DNA of 64,000 bases from Chloroflexota bacterium (GTDB taxonomy: Bacteria > Chloroflexota > UBA11872), in contig DAOUIX010000141.1 in NCBI GenBank assembly GCA_034423235.1, positions 2,158 to 66,157 of the forward strand, written 5' to 3'. The notes below the pieces were generated by a model. The model saw nothing but the letters and a program-made list of their open reading frames with translations. It ran no database searches and had not been told where the DNA came from. Numbering within the stretch: the first letter of the stretch is position 1; every line of letters starts with the position of its first letter. Below, piece after piece: positions 1-9,014 of this stretch. The translations under genes were made by a program, and so were the position numbers.

Positions 1-52
1 TCGGGTGACTCGGTCTTCGCCTTGCCGAGCAGTCTGAGCACGGGCGTGTGCC

Positions 53-2329
53 TTAGCCGCCGGCGTCGTTGGACGCCACGGCGGCCTGGACTTCGCGGGG
101 GGAGGCGGGGAGGTCGCGGATGCGGACGCCGATGGCGTTGGAGATGGCGTTGGCCATGGCCGCCAGGGGCGGGACGATGGGGACTTCGCCGACGCCACGC
201 ACGCCGTACGGGTGACCCGGGTTGGGAACCTCAACGATGACCGTCTCGATCATCGGCAGGTCGAGCGAGGTGGGCATGCGGTAGTCGAGGAAGCTGGCGT
301 TGAGCATGCGGCCTTCAGGGCTGTAGACGTACTCCTCGTTCAGCGCCCAGCCGACGCCCTGGGCAACGCCGCCTTCCATCTGGCCCTCGACGTAGGGCGG
401 GTAGATGGCGGTGCCGGCATCCTGCAAGGCCGTGTAACGCAGGACCTCGACCTTGCCGGTTTCGGTGTCGACTTCCACGTCGGCGATGTGGATGGCAAAG
501 GTGTTGCCGGAGCCATCGGGTGACGCGGTGGCCTTGCCCACGACTTCCAGGCCGTCCTCCTGGAGCGCGGCCGCGGCTTCCTGGAAGCTGAGGCTGGTCC
601 CGTTCTGGCTGAACATGCCAGCCTCGAACGTGACCGAATCAGCGGGCACGTCCCAATAGTCGGCCAGACCCTCGACCATCTGATCTTTCAGGTCCTCCGC
701 GGCCTCGATGGCCGCCCAGCCGGTGGCGAAGGTGACGCGGCTGCCGCCGGTGACGCCAGTGAAGGCGATGGAGTCGGTGTCCGGGACGATCGGGTCCACG
801 TCTTCGATGGGAATGCCCAGGAATTCGGCCAGTTGCATGGCGATGGACGTGCGTGTGCCGCCGATGTCCATGGAGCCTTCCAGCAGGGTGACGGTTCCGT
901 CGCCGTTGAGCCTGGCCACGGCGCTGGACTTGCCGCCGCCGTTGAGCCAGTAGCCGGAGGCCACGCCGCGGCCGCGGCGCTTGGTGCCGGTGGACTCGCC
1001 CAGCGGAGACTGCCAGTGGTCGGTGGCTTCGGCCGCATCGATGGTCTCGATGTTGCCGATGGGGTGGAAGCGCGTGCCGTCCACCCGCAGGTCGCCTTCC
1101 TTGGAGGCGTTGAGGCGGCGGAAGTCGAGGGGGTCCATGTCGAGCTCTTCGCAAATCTCGTCGATCAGGGCGTCGACGGCGAACTCGGCCTGGGGCGCGC
1201 CGGGGGCGCGGTAGGCGTGGGACTTGGGCTTGTTGACGATGACGTCGTAGCCGTCGACGCGGAAGTTCTCGATGTCGAACGGTCCGATGCAGCACAGGCA
1301 GCCGGCACTCACGGCCGAGCCGGGGTAGCCGCCGGCCTCGAAGGCCAGGTCGACGTTGACGGCCGTGATCTTGCCTTCATTGGTGACGCCCATTTTGACG
1401 GTCATGAAGGCGCCGGGAGCCGGGCCGGTGCCGATGAGGACCTCGGTGCGATTCATGGTCATCTTGACCGGGCGGCCGATCTTGCGGGACAGCACGGCCG
1501 CCAGCGGTTCGAGATAGACGGTGGTCTTGCCGCCAAACCCGCCGCCGATTTCCGCCGGGAGCACGCGGATCTTGGACTTGGGGTGCTCGAGCATGGTGGC
1601 CAACTCGTCGCGGATGCCGAAGTGGCCCTGCGAACTGGACTCCACGATCAGGTGGCCGTCCTGGTTCCAGTGGGCAAGGGCGTTGTGCGGCTCGATGTAG
1701 CCCTGGTGGACCATGGCGGTGGAGTAGGAACGCTCCATAATCAGGTCAGCCGCGGCATAGCCGGCCTCGACATCGCCTTCTTCGAAGATGAAGTGCTTGG
1801 CGATGTTGCTGGGGTTGTCATCGAAGACACCGCCGGTCTCGGTGTAGAGGTCGTCCAGGATGACTGGGGCGTCGTCGCGCATGGCTTCGCGGACGTCCAG
1901 CAGGGGCGGCAGGACTTCGTAGTCGACTTCAATCAGGCGCAGGGCTTCCTCGGCCTCGTGCACGCTGGCGGCGGCCACGGCGGCAATGACCTGGCCCTCA
2001 TAAGTGACGCGGCCGCGGGCGATGACCCGCTCGGCCATGTAGCGCAGGCTTTGCATGCCGGACTCGTTGGCCTCGGCCTCGCCGGCGCCCGGGTCGGGAA
2101 AGTCGTCGCCAGTGACCACGGCGAGAACCTGGCTCGAAGCCTCGGCGCGCGACGTGTCGATATTGCGAATGCGAGCCCTGGCGTGCGGGCTGCGCAGCAC
2201 TTTGCCCCAGACCATTCCGGGCATGTGGGCGTCCACGCCGTAGCGTGCGCGTCCCGTGACCTTGTCCACGCCGTCGTGGCGGACCGGTCGGGTTCCAACG
2301 ACTCGATACGCGCCGTTGCCTGCTGTCAT
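53..2329 (-). CDS. Xanthine dehydrogenase/aldehyde oxidase/CO-dehydrogenase-family molybdopterin-binding large subunit (paralog 2)
   Basis: 758 aa. N-terminal YRVVGTRPVRHDG..KVTG.ARYG and a long Mo-binding domain (GGGFGGK, AYRAPGAPQAEF) typical of the XDH/CoxL family. The active-site loop is neither form I (AYxCSFR) nor form II (AYRGAGR). About 55-60% identical by eye to the upstream paralog. Confidence 0.85.
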   Translation of the reverse strand: MTAGNGAYRVVGTRPVRHDGVDKVTGRARYGVDAHMPGMVWGKVLRSPHARARIRNIDTSRAEASSQVLAVVTGDDFPDPGAGEAEANESGMQSLRYMAERVIARGRVTYEGQVIAAVAAASVHEAEEALRLIEVDYEVLPPLLDVREAMRDDAPVILDDLYTETGGVFDDNPSNIAKHFIFEEGDVEAGYAAADLIMERSYSTAMVHQGYIEPHNALAHWNQDGHLIVESSSQGHFGIRDELATMLEHPKSKIRVLPAEIGGGFGGKTTVYLEPLAAVLSRKIGRPVKMTMNRTEVLIGTGPAPGAFMTVKMGVTNEGKITAVNVDLAFEAGGYPGSAVSAGCLCCIGPFDIENFRVDGYDVIVNKPKSHAYRAPGAPQAEFAVDALIDEICEELDMDPLDFRRLNASKEGDLRVDGTRFHPIGNIETIDAAEATDHWQSPLGESTGTKRRGRGVASGYWLNGGGKSSAVARLNGDGTVTLLEGSMDIGGTRTSIAMQLAEFLGIPIEDVDPIVPDTDSIAFTGVTGGSRVTFATGWAAIEAAEDLKDQMVEGLADYWDVPADSVTFEAGMFSQNGTSLSFQEAAAALQEDGLEVVGKATASPDGSGNTFAIHIADVEVDTETGKVEVLRYTALQDAGTAIYPPYVEGQMEGGVAQGVGWALNEEYVYSPEGRMLNASFLDYRMPTSLDLPMIETVIVEVPNPGHPYGVRGVGEVPIVPPLAAMANAISNAIGVRIRDLPASPREVQAAVASNDAGG

Positions 2330-2432
2330 TCCCTGCTCCCGCGGTGCTGTGGTGCGTCTGGATCGAGAACTGATTCCAGAGAGTCTAGCCGTAAGTTATC
2401 CGAGCCTGAGTGAGGGGCGGGGCCGAAGACCC

Positions 2433-2753
2433 TCACCCTGCCCTCTCCCAGAGGAAGAGGGGACGAGGGCTCGATTCCCGATGGGATGGCGCCCCGCCGC
2501 CGAGCGCCTCCACGAAGAACAGCTCGCTGTCGGGCTGGAGCTTGGTGCGCAGGCGGCGGCCGACGTTCGCGCCGTCCACAAAGACCGACAGGCCCGGGCG
2601 GAGCTGGCCGTCCTCGACCAGCCGCCCGCCCAGGCCCGGGTAGCTCGCTTCCAGGCGGTCCACGATTTCCCGAACCGTGGCGCCTTCTATCTCAACCCTG
2701 GCGGCGCCGTCCGTCGCCACCCGCATGGGGGTGGGGATGTGAACGGTCGCCAC
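2433..2753 (-). CDS. CysO/MoaD/ThiS-like sulfur-carrier (beta-grasp) protein with C-terminal extension after GGG
   Basis: 106 aa. TVHIPTPMRVATDGAARVEIEGATVREIVDRLEASYPGLGGRL...VFVDGANV...ELFFVEALGGG resembles mycobacterial CysO / MoaD-family carriers. 19 further residues follow the Gly-Gly before the stop. Confidence 0.6.
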   Translation of the reverse strand: MATVHIPTPMRVATDGAARVEIEGATVREIVDRLEASYPGLGGRLVEDGQLRPGLSVFVDGANVGRRLRTKLQPDSELFFVEALGGGAPSHRESSPRPLFLWERAG

Positions 2754-2759
2754 GGTGGG

Positions 2760-5057
2760 TTACTCCTGCGCAGCCAGAGCCGCTTGCACGCGGGCCGGCG
2801 ACATGGGCAGATGGCTCATGCGGAGGCCGGTCGCGTCGTGAATCGCGTTGGCCACGGCCGCGGGCGGCGGCACGATGGGTACTTCGCCCACGCCGCGAAC
2901 ACCGTAGGGATGCCCGGGGTTGGGCACCTCGACGATGATCGTCTCGATGTTGGGAACGTCGAGCGCGGTCGGCATGCGGTAGTCCAGCAAGCTGGCATTG
3001 AGCAAGTGACCGTCGGCGTTGTAAACGTACTCCTCGTTGAGCGCCCAGCCGACGCCCTGCACGACGCCGCCCTGCATCTGGCCTTCGACGTACGGCGGAT
3101 AAATGGCGACGCCGGCGTCCTGAACGGCGGTGTACCGCAGGACTTCGACTTTGCCGGTTTCTTCATCCACTTCCACGTCGGCAATATGGACGGCGAAGGC
3201 GCCACCCTCGCGGGTGGGCGTGACCGTGTTTTTGCCGATTGGGAATACGCCCTCTTCCTCCAGCAGACCGGCCGCTTCGCCCACGGAGGCCGAGTTGCCG
3301 TTGGCCGAGAATGTACCGTCGGCATGCGCGATTGAGTCAGCGGCGACATCCCAGAGGTCCGCCAGGCCTTCGACAATCTGATCCTTCATGTCGTTGGCGG
3401 CGTTGTGGGCGGCCAGGCCGGTGGCAAAGGTGACCCGGCTGCCGCCGGTGACGTCGGTCTGCCCGACGGAGTCTGTGTCGGCCACGATCGGGTCCACGTC
3501 CTCGACGGAGATTCCCAACGTCTCGGCGAACTGCATGGCGATTGACGTTCGGGTTCCGCCGATGTCGGTTGAACCCTCAAGCAGCGTTACGCTGCCGTCG
3601 CTGTTCAACTTGGCGATCACGCTGGAGGTGAAGCCGATGTTGAACCAGAACCCGGAGGCGATGCCGCGCCCGCGCTTCTTGCCCGGGGCGGTTTCCAGCG
3701 GGGTCTGCCACTGGGCGGAGTCGCGCGCGGCCTCCATGCACTCGATGTGGCCGATGCGCGGATAGGGCGGCTGGGCAAGCTGCCAGTCGCCTTCCTTGGC
3801 GCTGTTCTTGAGGCGGAACTCGACGGGATCGATGTCGAGCGTGCGGCAGATTTCGTCGACCACCGTCTCGCTGGCGAACTCGGCGTGGGTGGCGCCGGGC
3901 GCGCGGTAGGCGTGGGTCTTGGGCTTGTTGACGACGACGTCAAAGCCTTCGACCTTGGCGTTGGGCATGTTGTACGGCGCGAAGACGCAGCGACAGCCCG
4001 CGCCCACGACGGAGCCGGGATAGCCGCCGGCGTCGAATGCCAGGTTGGCGTAGCCAGCGGTGATCATGCCGTCGTTGGTGACGCCCATCTTGACGCGCAC
4101 GTAGCCGCCCGGGGTCGGGCCGGTTGCTTTCAGGACGTCAGCCCGATCCATGGCCATCTTGATGGGATGGCCGGTCTGCTGGGACAGCAGGGCGGCCAGG
4201 GGCTCCAGGTAAGCCGTGGTCTTGCCGCCGAATCCGCCGCCGATCTCCATCGGCACGACATGAATCTTGGTAATCGGGTGATTGAGCAGGTCGGCCAGTT
4301 CCTGCCGGATGGTGAACGCGCCCTGGGAACTGCACCAGACGTGCAGGTGGCCGTCCTTGAGCCAGTTGGCGGTGGCGTTATGGGTTTCGATGTAGCCCTG
4401 GTGGACGACGCCAAACGTGAATTCGCGGTCGACGACCAAGTCCGCCGCTTCAAAGCCGGCATCAACGTCGCCAACCTCGTAAAGCATTTCCGCCGCGACG
4501 TTGCTGGGCTCTTCGGCGGTCGTGCCGTCAGCCCTGGCGGTGTAGAGGTCCTCGATGATGACCGGGGCGTCGGACTTCATTGCGTCCCAGACCTCAAGAA
4601 CCGGGTCGAGCACTTCGTACTCGACGTCGATCAGCTTGAGGGCCTCGGCGGCGACGTGCGGGTTGGCGGCCGCCACGGCGGCGATGGCGTGGCCGTGGTA
4701 GTGGACCTTGCCGCGCGCGAGCATGTTGGCGCTCTTGAATTTGAGCGGAAGACCAGGCGCTTCGCCGCCGCCGGTGAGCTTGTCGCCCGGGTCGGGGAAG
4801 GCGGCGCTGGTAATGACGGCGCGAACGCCGTCCAGGGCCTCGGCGCGGCTGGTGTCGATGCTGACGATGCGGGCATGGGCGTGCGGGCTACGCAGCACCT
4901 TGCCGTGTAGCTGGCCGGGCAGGTTGATGTCGGAGCCGTAGCGCGCTTCGCCGGTGACCTTTTCGAGGCCGTCGTGGCGAATTGGCCGGGTTCCGATGAC
5001 TTTGTATTCCTCGTCGTGATGCTTGATGGTCTGGCCAACTCTGGTGTCTACAGCCAT
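2760..5057 (-). CDS. XDH/CO-dehydrogenase-family molybdopterin-binding large subunit (paralog 1)
   Basis: The ORF track starts at 5240, but the motif-supported start is the internal Met (MAVDTRVGQTIKHHDEEYKVIGTRPIRHDG). Placing the start at 5057 leaves a 3-nt gap to the upstream 2Fe-2S subunit. Carries GGGFGGK and AYRAPGATHAEF motifs. Confidence 0.85.
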   Translation of the reverse strand: MAVDTRVGQTIKHHDEEYKVIGTRPIRHDGLEKVTGEARYGSDINLPGQLHGKVLRSPHAHARIVSIDTSRAEALDGVRAVITSAAFPDPGDKLTGGGEAPGLPLKFKSANMLARGKVHYHGHAIAAVAAANPHVAAEALKLIDVEYEVLDPVLEVWDAMKSDAPVIIEDLYTARADGTTAEEPSNVAAEMLYEVGDVDAGFEAADLVVDREFTFGVVHQGYIETHNATANWLKDGHLHVWCSSQGAFTIRQELADLLNHPITKIHVVPMEIGGGFGGKTTAYLEPLAALLSQQTGHPIKMAMDRADVLKATGPTPGGYVRVKMGVTNDGMITAGYANLAFDAGGYPGSVVGAGCRCVFAPYNMPNAKVEGFDVVVNKPKTHAYRAPGATHAEFASETVVDEICRTLDIDPVEFRLKNSAKEGDWQLAQPPYPRIGHIECMEAARDSAQWQTPLETAPGKKRGRGIASGFWFNIGFTSSVIAKLNSDGSVTLLEGSTDIGGTRTSIAMQFAETLGISVEDVDPIVADTDSVGQTDVTGGSRVTFATGLAAHNAANDMKDQIVEGLADLWDVAADSIAHADGTFSANGNSASVGEAAGLLEEEGVFPIGKNTVTPTREGGAFAVHIADVEVDEETGKVEVLRYTAVQDAGVAIYPPYVEGQMQGGVVQGVGWALNEEYVYNADGHLLNASLLDYRMPTALDVPNIETIIVEVPNPGHPYGVRGVGEVPIVPPPAAVANAIHDATGLRMSHLPMSPARVQAALAAQE

Positions 5058-5059
5058 GG

Positions 5060-5557
5060 CTACGCCTCCGCGCGCATGCGTTCGGCGGCGTCCAGGACGG
5101 CGCGTACGATCTTGTCGTAGCCCGTGCACCGGCAGAGGTTGCCGGCAAGCCACCAGCGAACTTCGTACTCCGTGGGATTCGGGTTTTCTTCCAGCAGGGC
5201 CTTGGCCGCGACGATGAAGCCGGGGGTGCAGACGCCGCACTGGAGGGCGGCGTTTTCAAGGAACGACTGCTGCAGGGGGTGCAGGCCCTCGGGCGAAGCG
5301 ACACCCTCAATGGTTTCGATGGTCGAGCCGGCCGCTTCCACGCTGAGCACGCAGCAGGAGTTGACCAGCACGCCGTCCATGACGACGTTGCAGGCGCCAC
5401 AGTTGCCGTTGTTGCAGCCTTCCTTGGCGCCGGTGAGCCCCAGGTTGTCGCGCAGGACCTCCAGCAGGCTCTCGCGCGGCTCGGCCAGAAAGTCCACCGA
5501 CTCGCCGTTAATGGTGGTCTGAACGTGGACCTTTCCCGACTGGATTTCAGTGGCCAT
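5060..5557 (-). CDS. (2Fe-2S)-binding small subunit of the XDH/CO-DH-family enzyme (CoxS-like)
   Basis: 165 aa from the internal Met. Plant-type ferredoxin Cys cluster CNNGNCGACNV and a second cluster QCGVCTPG...CRCTGY. The track's N-terminal extension was rejected. Confidence 0.85.
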   Translation of the reverse strand: MATEIQSGKVHVQTTINGESVDFLAEPRESLLEVLRDNLGLTGAKEGCNNGNCGACNVVMDGVLVNSCCVLSVEAAGSTIETIEGVASPEGLHPLQQSFLENAALQCGVCTPGFIVAAKALLEENPNPTEYEVRWWLAGNLCRCTGYDKIVRAVLDAAERMRAEA

Positions 5558-6434
5558 TGGTGGGACTGCCTCCCTGGGCGCGAGCCCTGGCGCCGCGCAG
5601 GGCGCGCTGGGTGAGAACGTAGGAGAGCTGCTTGCGATGGGCGATGGTGCCGCGCATGTCGTCGATCGGCGACGCGGCATCGCGGGCGATGTCGGCGGCG
5701 ACCGCAAACGAGTCTTCGTTGGCGGTCAAGCCGATCAGGGCGTCGCCGGCAGCTTGGACGAAGAGTGGCGTAGGGGCCACGGCGCCTAGCGAGACGCGGG
5801 CGGCCGTGATGCTCTCGCCGTCCAACACCAGTGAGGCGCCGGCGCCGACGACCGCGATGTCCATCTCGTTGCGGGGAATGAAGCGCAGGTAGTGCGAACC
5901 CGAGCCAGCCGGTGGCTTGGGGAGGGTGAGAGAGACCAGCAACTCGCCGTCGGCCAACACATTGCGTCCGGGAGCGGTGCAGAAGTCTTCGACGGCCACG
6001 GTTCGCTCACCGTCGGGGCCGGCGATGTTGCAGACGGCCGAGTGGACGATCAGCGGCGGAATGGTGTCTCCGGCCGGGCCGGAGTTGCACAAGTTGCCGC
6101 CGACCGACGCGCGGCCCTGAATGCCGGTGCTGCCGATGATGCGGGCGGCGTCGACCACGGCCCCGTAACTGGCCGCGAACTGAGCGTTGTTGTAGAGCTG
6201 ATGACACGGGACGGCGGCGCCGAGGGTCGTGCTGCCGTCGGCGTTGACCGAGAGGTCCATGAGCTCAGGGATCTTCTTGGCGTCCACGAATACGCCGGTA
6301 TCCCGAGCGTCTTCGCGGACCTGGACGATCAAGTCCGTCCCGCCGGCAAGCATGCGGGCATTGGCGCCATGCTCGGCGAGAATGGCTACAGCGTCCTCGA
6401 CGGTCGAGGGCGCGGCGTACTGAATCGCGCGCAA
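5547..6434 (-). CDS. FAD-binding subunit (CoxM/XdhB-like molybdopterin dehydrogenase FAD-binding domain)
   Basis: 295 aa. MRAIQYAAPSTVEDAVAIL...LAGGTDLIVQ.. FAD-binding PCMH fold. First gene of the M-S-L-carrier-L operon, overlapping the S subunit by 11 nt. Confidence 0.8.
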   Translation of the reverse strand: MRAIQYAAPSTVEDAVAILAEHGANARMLAGGTDLIVQVREDARDTGVFVDAKKIPELMDLSVNADGSTTLGAAVPCHQLYNNAQFAASYGAVVDAARIIGSTGIQGRASVGGNLCNSGPAGDTIPPLIVHSAVCNIAGPDGERTVAVEDFCTAPGRNVLADGELLVSLTLPKPPAGSGSHYLRFIPRNEMDIAVVGAGASLVLDGESITAARVSLGAVAPTPLFVQAAGDALIGLTANEDSFAVAADIARDAASPIDDMRGTIAHRKQLSYVLTQRALRGARARAQGGSPTNGH

Positions 6435-6586
6435 AGCGGCCTCCGTTTCCTGACAGTGACGGATTCTGCGCGCCTATTGTCACGACTTCGGGCGATGCTT
6501 ACCAGTCGCAACGGGCGTTTGTGGACTGAATCGCAGGTTGGACGGGTCGCATCGACGACCCTGATCACCAAGAGCACCGCGTCAAA

Positions 6587-7729
6587 TCAGGCGTAGAGCC
6601 CCGCGCCCGGACGCCGACCCCAGGGGCTGGCCATGGCCTGGGGCGAGGCCTGCTCGACGGTGTGGGCGGCCAGGCGGTCGGCGTCGAACTCAATGCCGAA
6701 GCCGGGCCGCTCGCCCAGGACGAGCCAGCCGTCGTTGAGCTGGATGTCGATGTCGAAGAGCGAGTCGCGACCCGCGCCCAGGACTTCAAGCATGGTGTGG
6801 TTGGGCATGGCCGCCGCGGCGTGGGCCATGAAGCTGCCGGGGGAGTTCATCATGGAGACTGGCCTCTCGATGCCGTAGACCATGTCGGCCACGATCATCG
6901 CGCCTGTGATACCGCAGGTATCGCTGCCGACCTGGAAGACGTCGATTGCCCGGTGGTCGATCAGGTGGAGGAACTCGCCGGGGTGCCGCAAGTTTTCGCC
7001 GCTGGCCACCGCGGCCGCCACGCCGTCGGATACCTGGCGGAGGCCGGTGGCGTCCCAGCGACGGGCGGGTTCTTCGATCCAGGTGAGATCGAAGTTGCGT
7101 TCGATCTCACGCACCCGGCGGATGGCTTCCTTGGGGGTCCAGAACTCGTTGACGTCCAGCATCAGGTCGACGCGCTTGCCGGAGGTGGCCAGGGCGTCGC
7201 GCATGATGCCGAGGCGGCGCAGGTCGTCCTGGAAGTCTGCCCCACCCTTGAGCTTTCCGGCCGAGATCCCCTGCGCGGCCATGCCGGCGTAATAGGCGTA
7301 TAGCTCCTCGTCGGACAGCGGCGAGTCGAGGCCGCTGGCGTAGGCGCGCACGCGCGGCGAGGAGGCGCCCAGCGTGCGCCAGAGCGGCTCGTCGTTGGCC
7401 TTGGCCTTCAGATCCCAAAGAGCCAGGTCGAGTGCGGACAGCCCCACGGCCGCCGGTCCCACGGGGCCCAGCTTGAACACGGAGTCCATCATCTGCTTCC
7501 ACAGGCCGCGCACGCCGCGTGGATCCGATCCGATCAGCCGGCCGGCCAGGCTCTGGACGTGGGGGCGTCCGGGTGGACTGCCAAGACCCAGGCCGGTGAT
7601 GCCGGCGTCGGTGTCCACGTAGACGACCAGGCCGGAGTTGAGCGAACGACCGGAAGGGCTGTTGACGTCGCCCAGGGGACGGGCCAATTCGTATTCGAAG
7701 ACGACAGTACGAATCTCGGTGATGCGCAT
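6587..7729 (-). CDS. Enolase-superfamily enzyme (mandelate racemase / muconate lactonizing enzyme family)
   Basis: 380 aa. MRITEI.TVVFEYEL N-terminal capping domain, a KxK-containing barrel (GKLKGG), and metal-ligand region DVNEFW...WIEEP...DHRAIDVFQ. Confidence 0.8.
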   Translation of the reverse strand: MRITEIRTVVFEYELARPLGDVNSPSGRSLNSGLVVYVDTDAGITGLGLGSPPGRPHVQSLAGRLIGSDPRGVRGLWKQMMDSVFKLGPVGPAAVGLSALDLALWDLKAKANDEPLWRTLGASSPRVRAYASGLDSPLSDEELYAYYAGMAAQGISAGKLKGGADFQDDLRRLGIMRDALATSGKRVDLMLDVNEFWTPKEAIRRVREIERNFDLTWIEEPARRWDATGLRQVSDGVAAAVASGENLRHPGEFLHLIDHRAIDVFQVGSDTCGITGAMIVADMVYGIERPVSMMNSPGSFMAHAAAAMPNHTMLEVLGAGRDSLFDIDIQLNDGWLVLGERPGFGIEFDADRLAAHTVEQASPQAMASPWGRRPGAGLYA

Positions 7730-7854
7730 GGGTGGATAAGCCCCGGGCCGATGGCTGCACTCAGTGTAGAGATGGCATCAGCGCGGTGGCGCCGGAATGG
7801 GTGCCCTGGCCGGTGGAAACCGTGTACAGTCGGACCAGGAGTTGGAGGTGCGCT

Positions 7855-8238
7855 ATGGCTGTCTTCGATACGCTGCGCGCAGCTCGAACGCTGAAGGCGG
7901 CAGGGTTCGGGGACGCGAAGGCGGAAGCGGTTGCCGAGATTGTGCAGGCAGTCGCGAACGGGAATCGTGTGAGCAAAGTGGACTTGCAAGGGTTCGCAAC
8001 AAAAGCGGACTTTGATCAGTTCGCCAGGACGTTGGACCTGGACAGGTTTGCCACCAAGGAGGACCTCGAGAGGTTCGCGACCAAGGAAGACTTGGCGCGG
8101 TTTGCGACCAAGGCCGAGCTCAAGTCCGAGATTCATGAGCTTGAGCTTCGGCTCACCATTCGAATGGGCGTGATCGCCGCGAGCTCGGTGACGATCGCGA
8201 CCGCGCCGACGGCGGCGCTGAGCCAACTCTTGCTATAG
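7855..8238 (+). CDS. DUF1640-like coiled-coil protein with internal 11-residue tandem repeats
   Basis: Internal ATG follows a GGAGG RBS. MAVFDTLRAARTLKAAGF.. N-terminus is typical of DUF1640. Four repeats (FATKADFDQ / FARTLDLDR / FATKEDLER / FATKEDLAR / FATKAELK). Confidence 0.5.
   Translation: MAVFDTLRAARTLKAAGFGDAKAEAVAEIVQAVANGNRVSKVDLQGFATKADFDQFARTLDLDRFATKEDLERFATKEDLARFATKAELKSEIHELELRLTIRMGVIAASSVTIATAPTAALSQLLL
7990..8125 (+). repeat. About four 27-33 bp imperfect direct repeats inside the DUF1640-like CDS
   Basis: ttYgcSaccaagga(g/a)gacYt.. repeated in tandem, encoding the FATKEDL(E/A)R units. Confidence 0.5.
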
Positions 8239-8269
8239 ACGCGGTTCCGCAGGCACCTTTTGTGCCGCG

Positions 8270-8626
8270 CTAGACGAGAGCCAGGAAGATTGCGGTCAGG
8301 ACCGCCACGGCTACCGCGGCACCATAGGCCACGAGGGCAATTAGCCCGCCAGGTAGCGGTGCGTGCAGGTCCACGGCGAGGTGGCGCAGGCGGTGGCAGG
8401 CGTGGACGGCGATCAGGGCGACGACTGCTCCGATGGCCAGCCGCACGATGGCGTGCTGGAGGAGATCGCGGATTCCGTCGTAGGTGAGGGCGTCGGCGAA
8501 CCAGCGCCAGCCGAAGGGGCCGACGACGGACGTCACCAATATGATCGCCGGGACGAACACGGCGGCCAGCACGCTGCCGGCCGCGAACAGCGACCAGAAC
8601 AGGGCTTCGTGCGAGCGGCCGCTCAC
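8270..8626 (-). CDS. Succinate dehydrogenase/fumarate reductase small membrane-anchor subunit (FrdD/SdhD-like)
   Basis: About 118 aa with 3 predicted TM helices. GTG start overlaps the upstream gene's stop (GTGA). Last gene of an A-B-C-D operon. The track's 239-aa version is a spurious extension. Confidence 0.5.
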   Translation of the reverse strand: MSGRSHEALFWSLFAAGSVLAAVFVPAIILVTSVVGPFGWRWFADALTYDGIRDLLQHAIVRLAIGAVVALIAVHACHRLRHLAVDLHAPLPGGLIALVAYGAAVAVAVLTAIFLALV

Positions 8627-8994
8627 GTCGCGCCCACCCAGGCCACCCAGAGGAAGAGAAGCACGGTAACCGCGGCCAGTCCGGCGAACTGCTGACCGAT
8701 GATGAAGGCTGCCGGGATGCGGCGACCGGCGACCTGGCTGGGCAGCGCGCTCGGGGCGATCAGGAAGAACGTGATGGTGTGCCAGAGCGCAAACGCGAGC
8801 GCCACGAGGTGGAACACCACCATCAGCGGATGCCAGAGGAAGTCTCGAAAGGCCAGGTAGGTCTCCGCGTCCTGCCCGGCCTTGTGGATCAAGAGCATGA
8901 AGAACACGATCTCGGCCAGGATGAAGGCCGAGCTGACCTCGCGCAGGAATATCCGAAAGTAGGACCCCTTCTGGGTCCACCAATTCCACCCCAT
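8623..8994 (-). CDS. Succinate dehydrogenase/fumarate reductase membrane-anchor subunit (FrdC/SdhC-like)
   Basis: About 123 aa from the internal Met (MGWNWWTQKGSYFRIF...), 3 TM helices. Lies immediately downstream of the Fe-S subunit gene. Confidence 0.55.
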   Translation of the reverse strand: MGWNWWTQKGSYFRIFLREVSSAFILAEIVFFMLLIHKAGQDAETYLAFRDFLWHPLMVVFHLVALAFALWHTITFFLIAPSALPSQVAGRRIPAAFIIGQQFAGLAAVTVLLFLWVAWVGAT

Positions 8995-9014
8995 ACGCCG
9001 GTCGAGCGGCCGGT

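Noticed and set aside
833-2413. Long plus-strand ORF (526 aa), with similar antisense ORFs at 3747-4910, 639-1295, 21040-22299, 15108-16283, 62296-63138 and others
   Set aside because: They lie antisense to well-supported genes with clear catalytic motifs. Their translations are low-complexity Ala/Gly/Arg/His-rich, as expected for shadow ORFs in roughly 70% GC DNA.
2405-2440. Stem-loop gtgaggg-N13-ccctcac at the 3-prime end of the CysO-like gene, considered as an intrinsic terminator
   Set aside because: No U-tract follows on the minus-strand transcript, and the stem overlaps the stop codon. More likely an intercistronic structure than a terminator.
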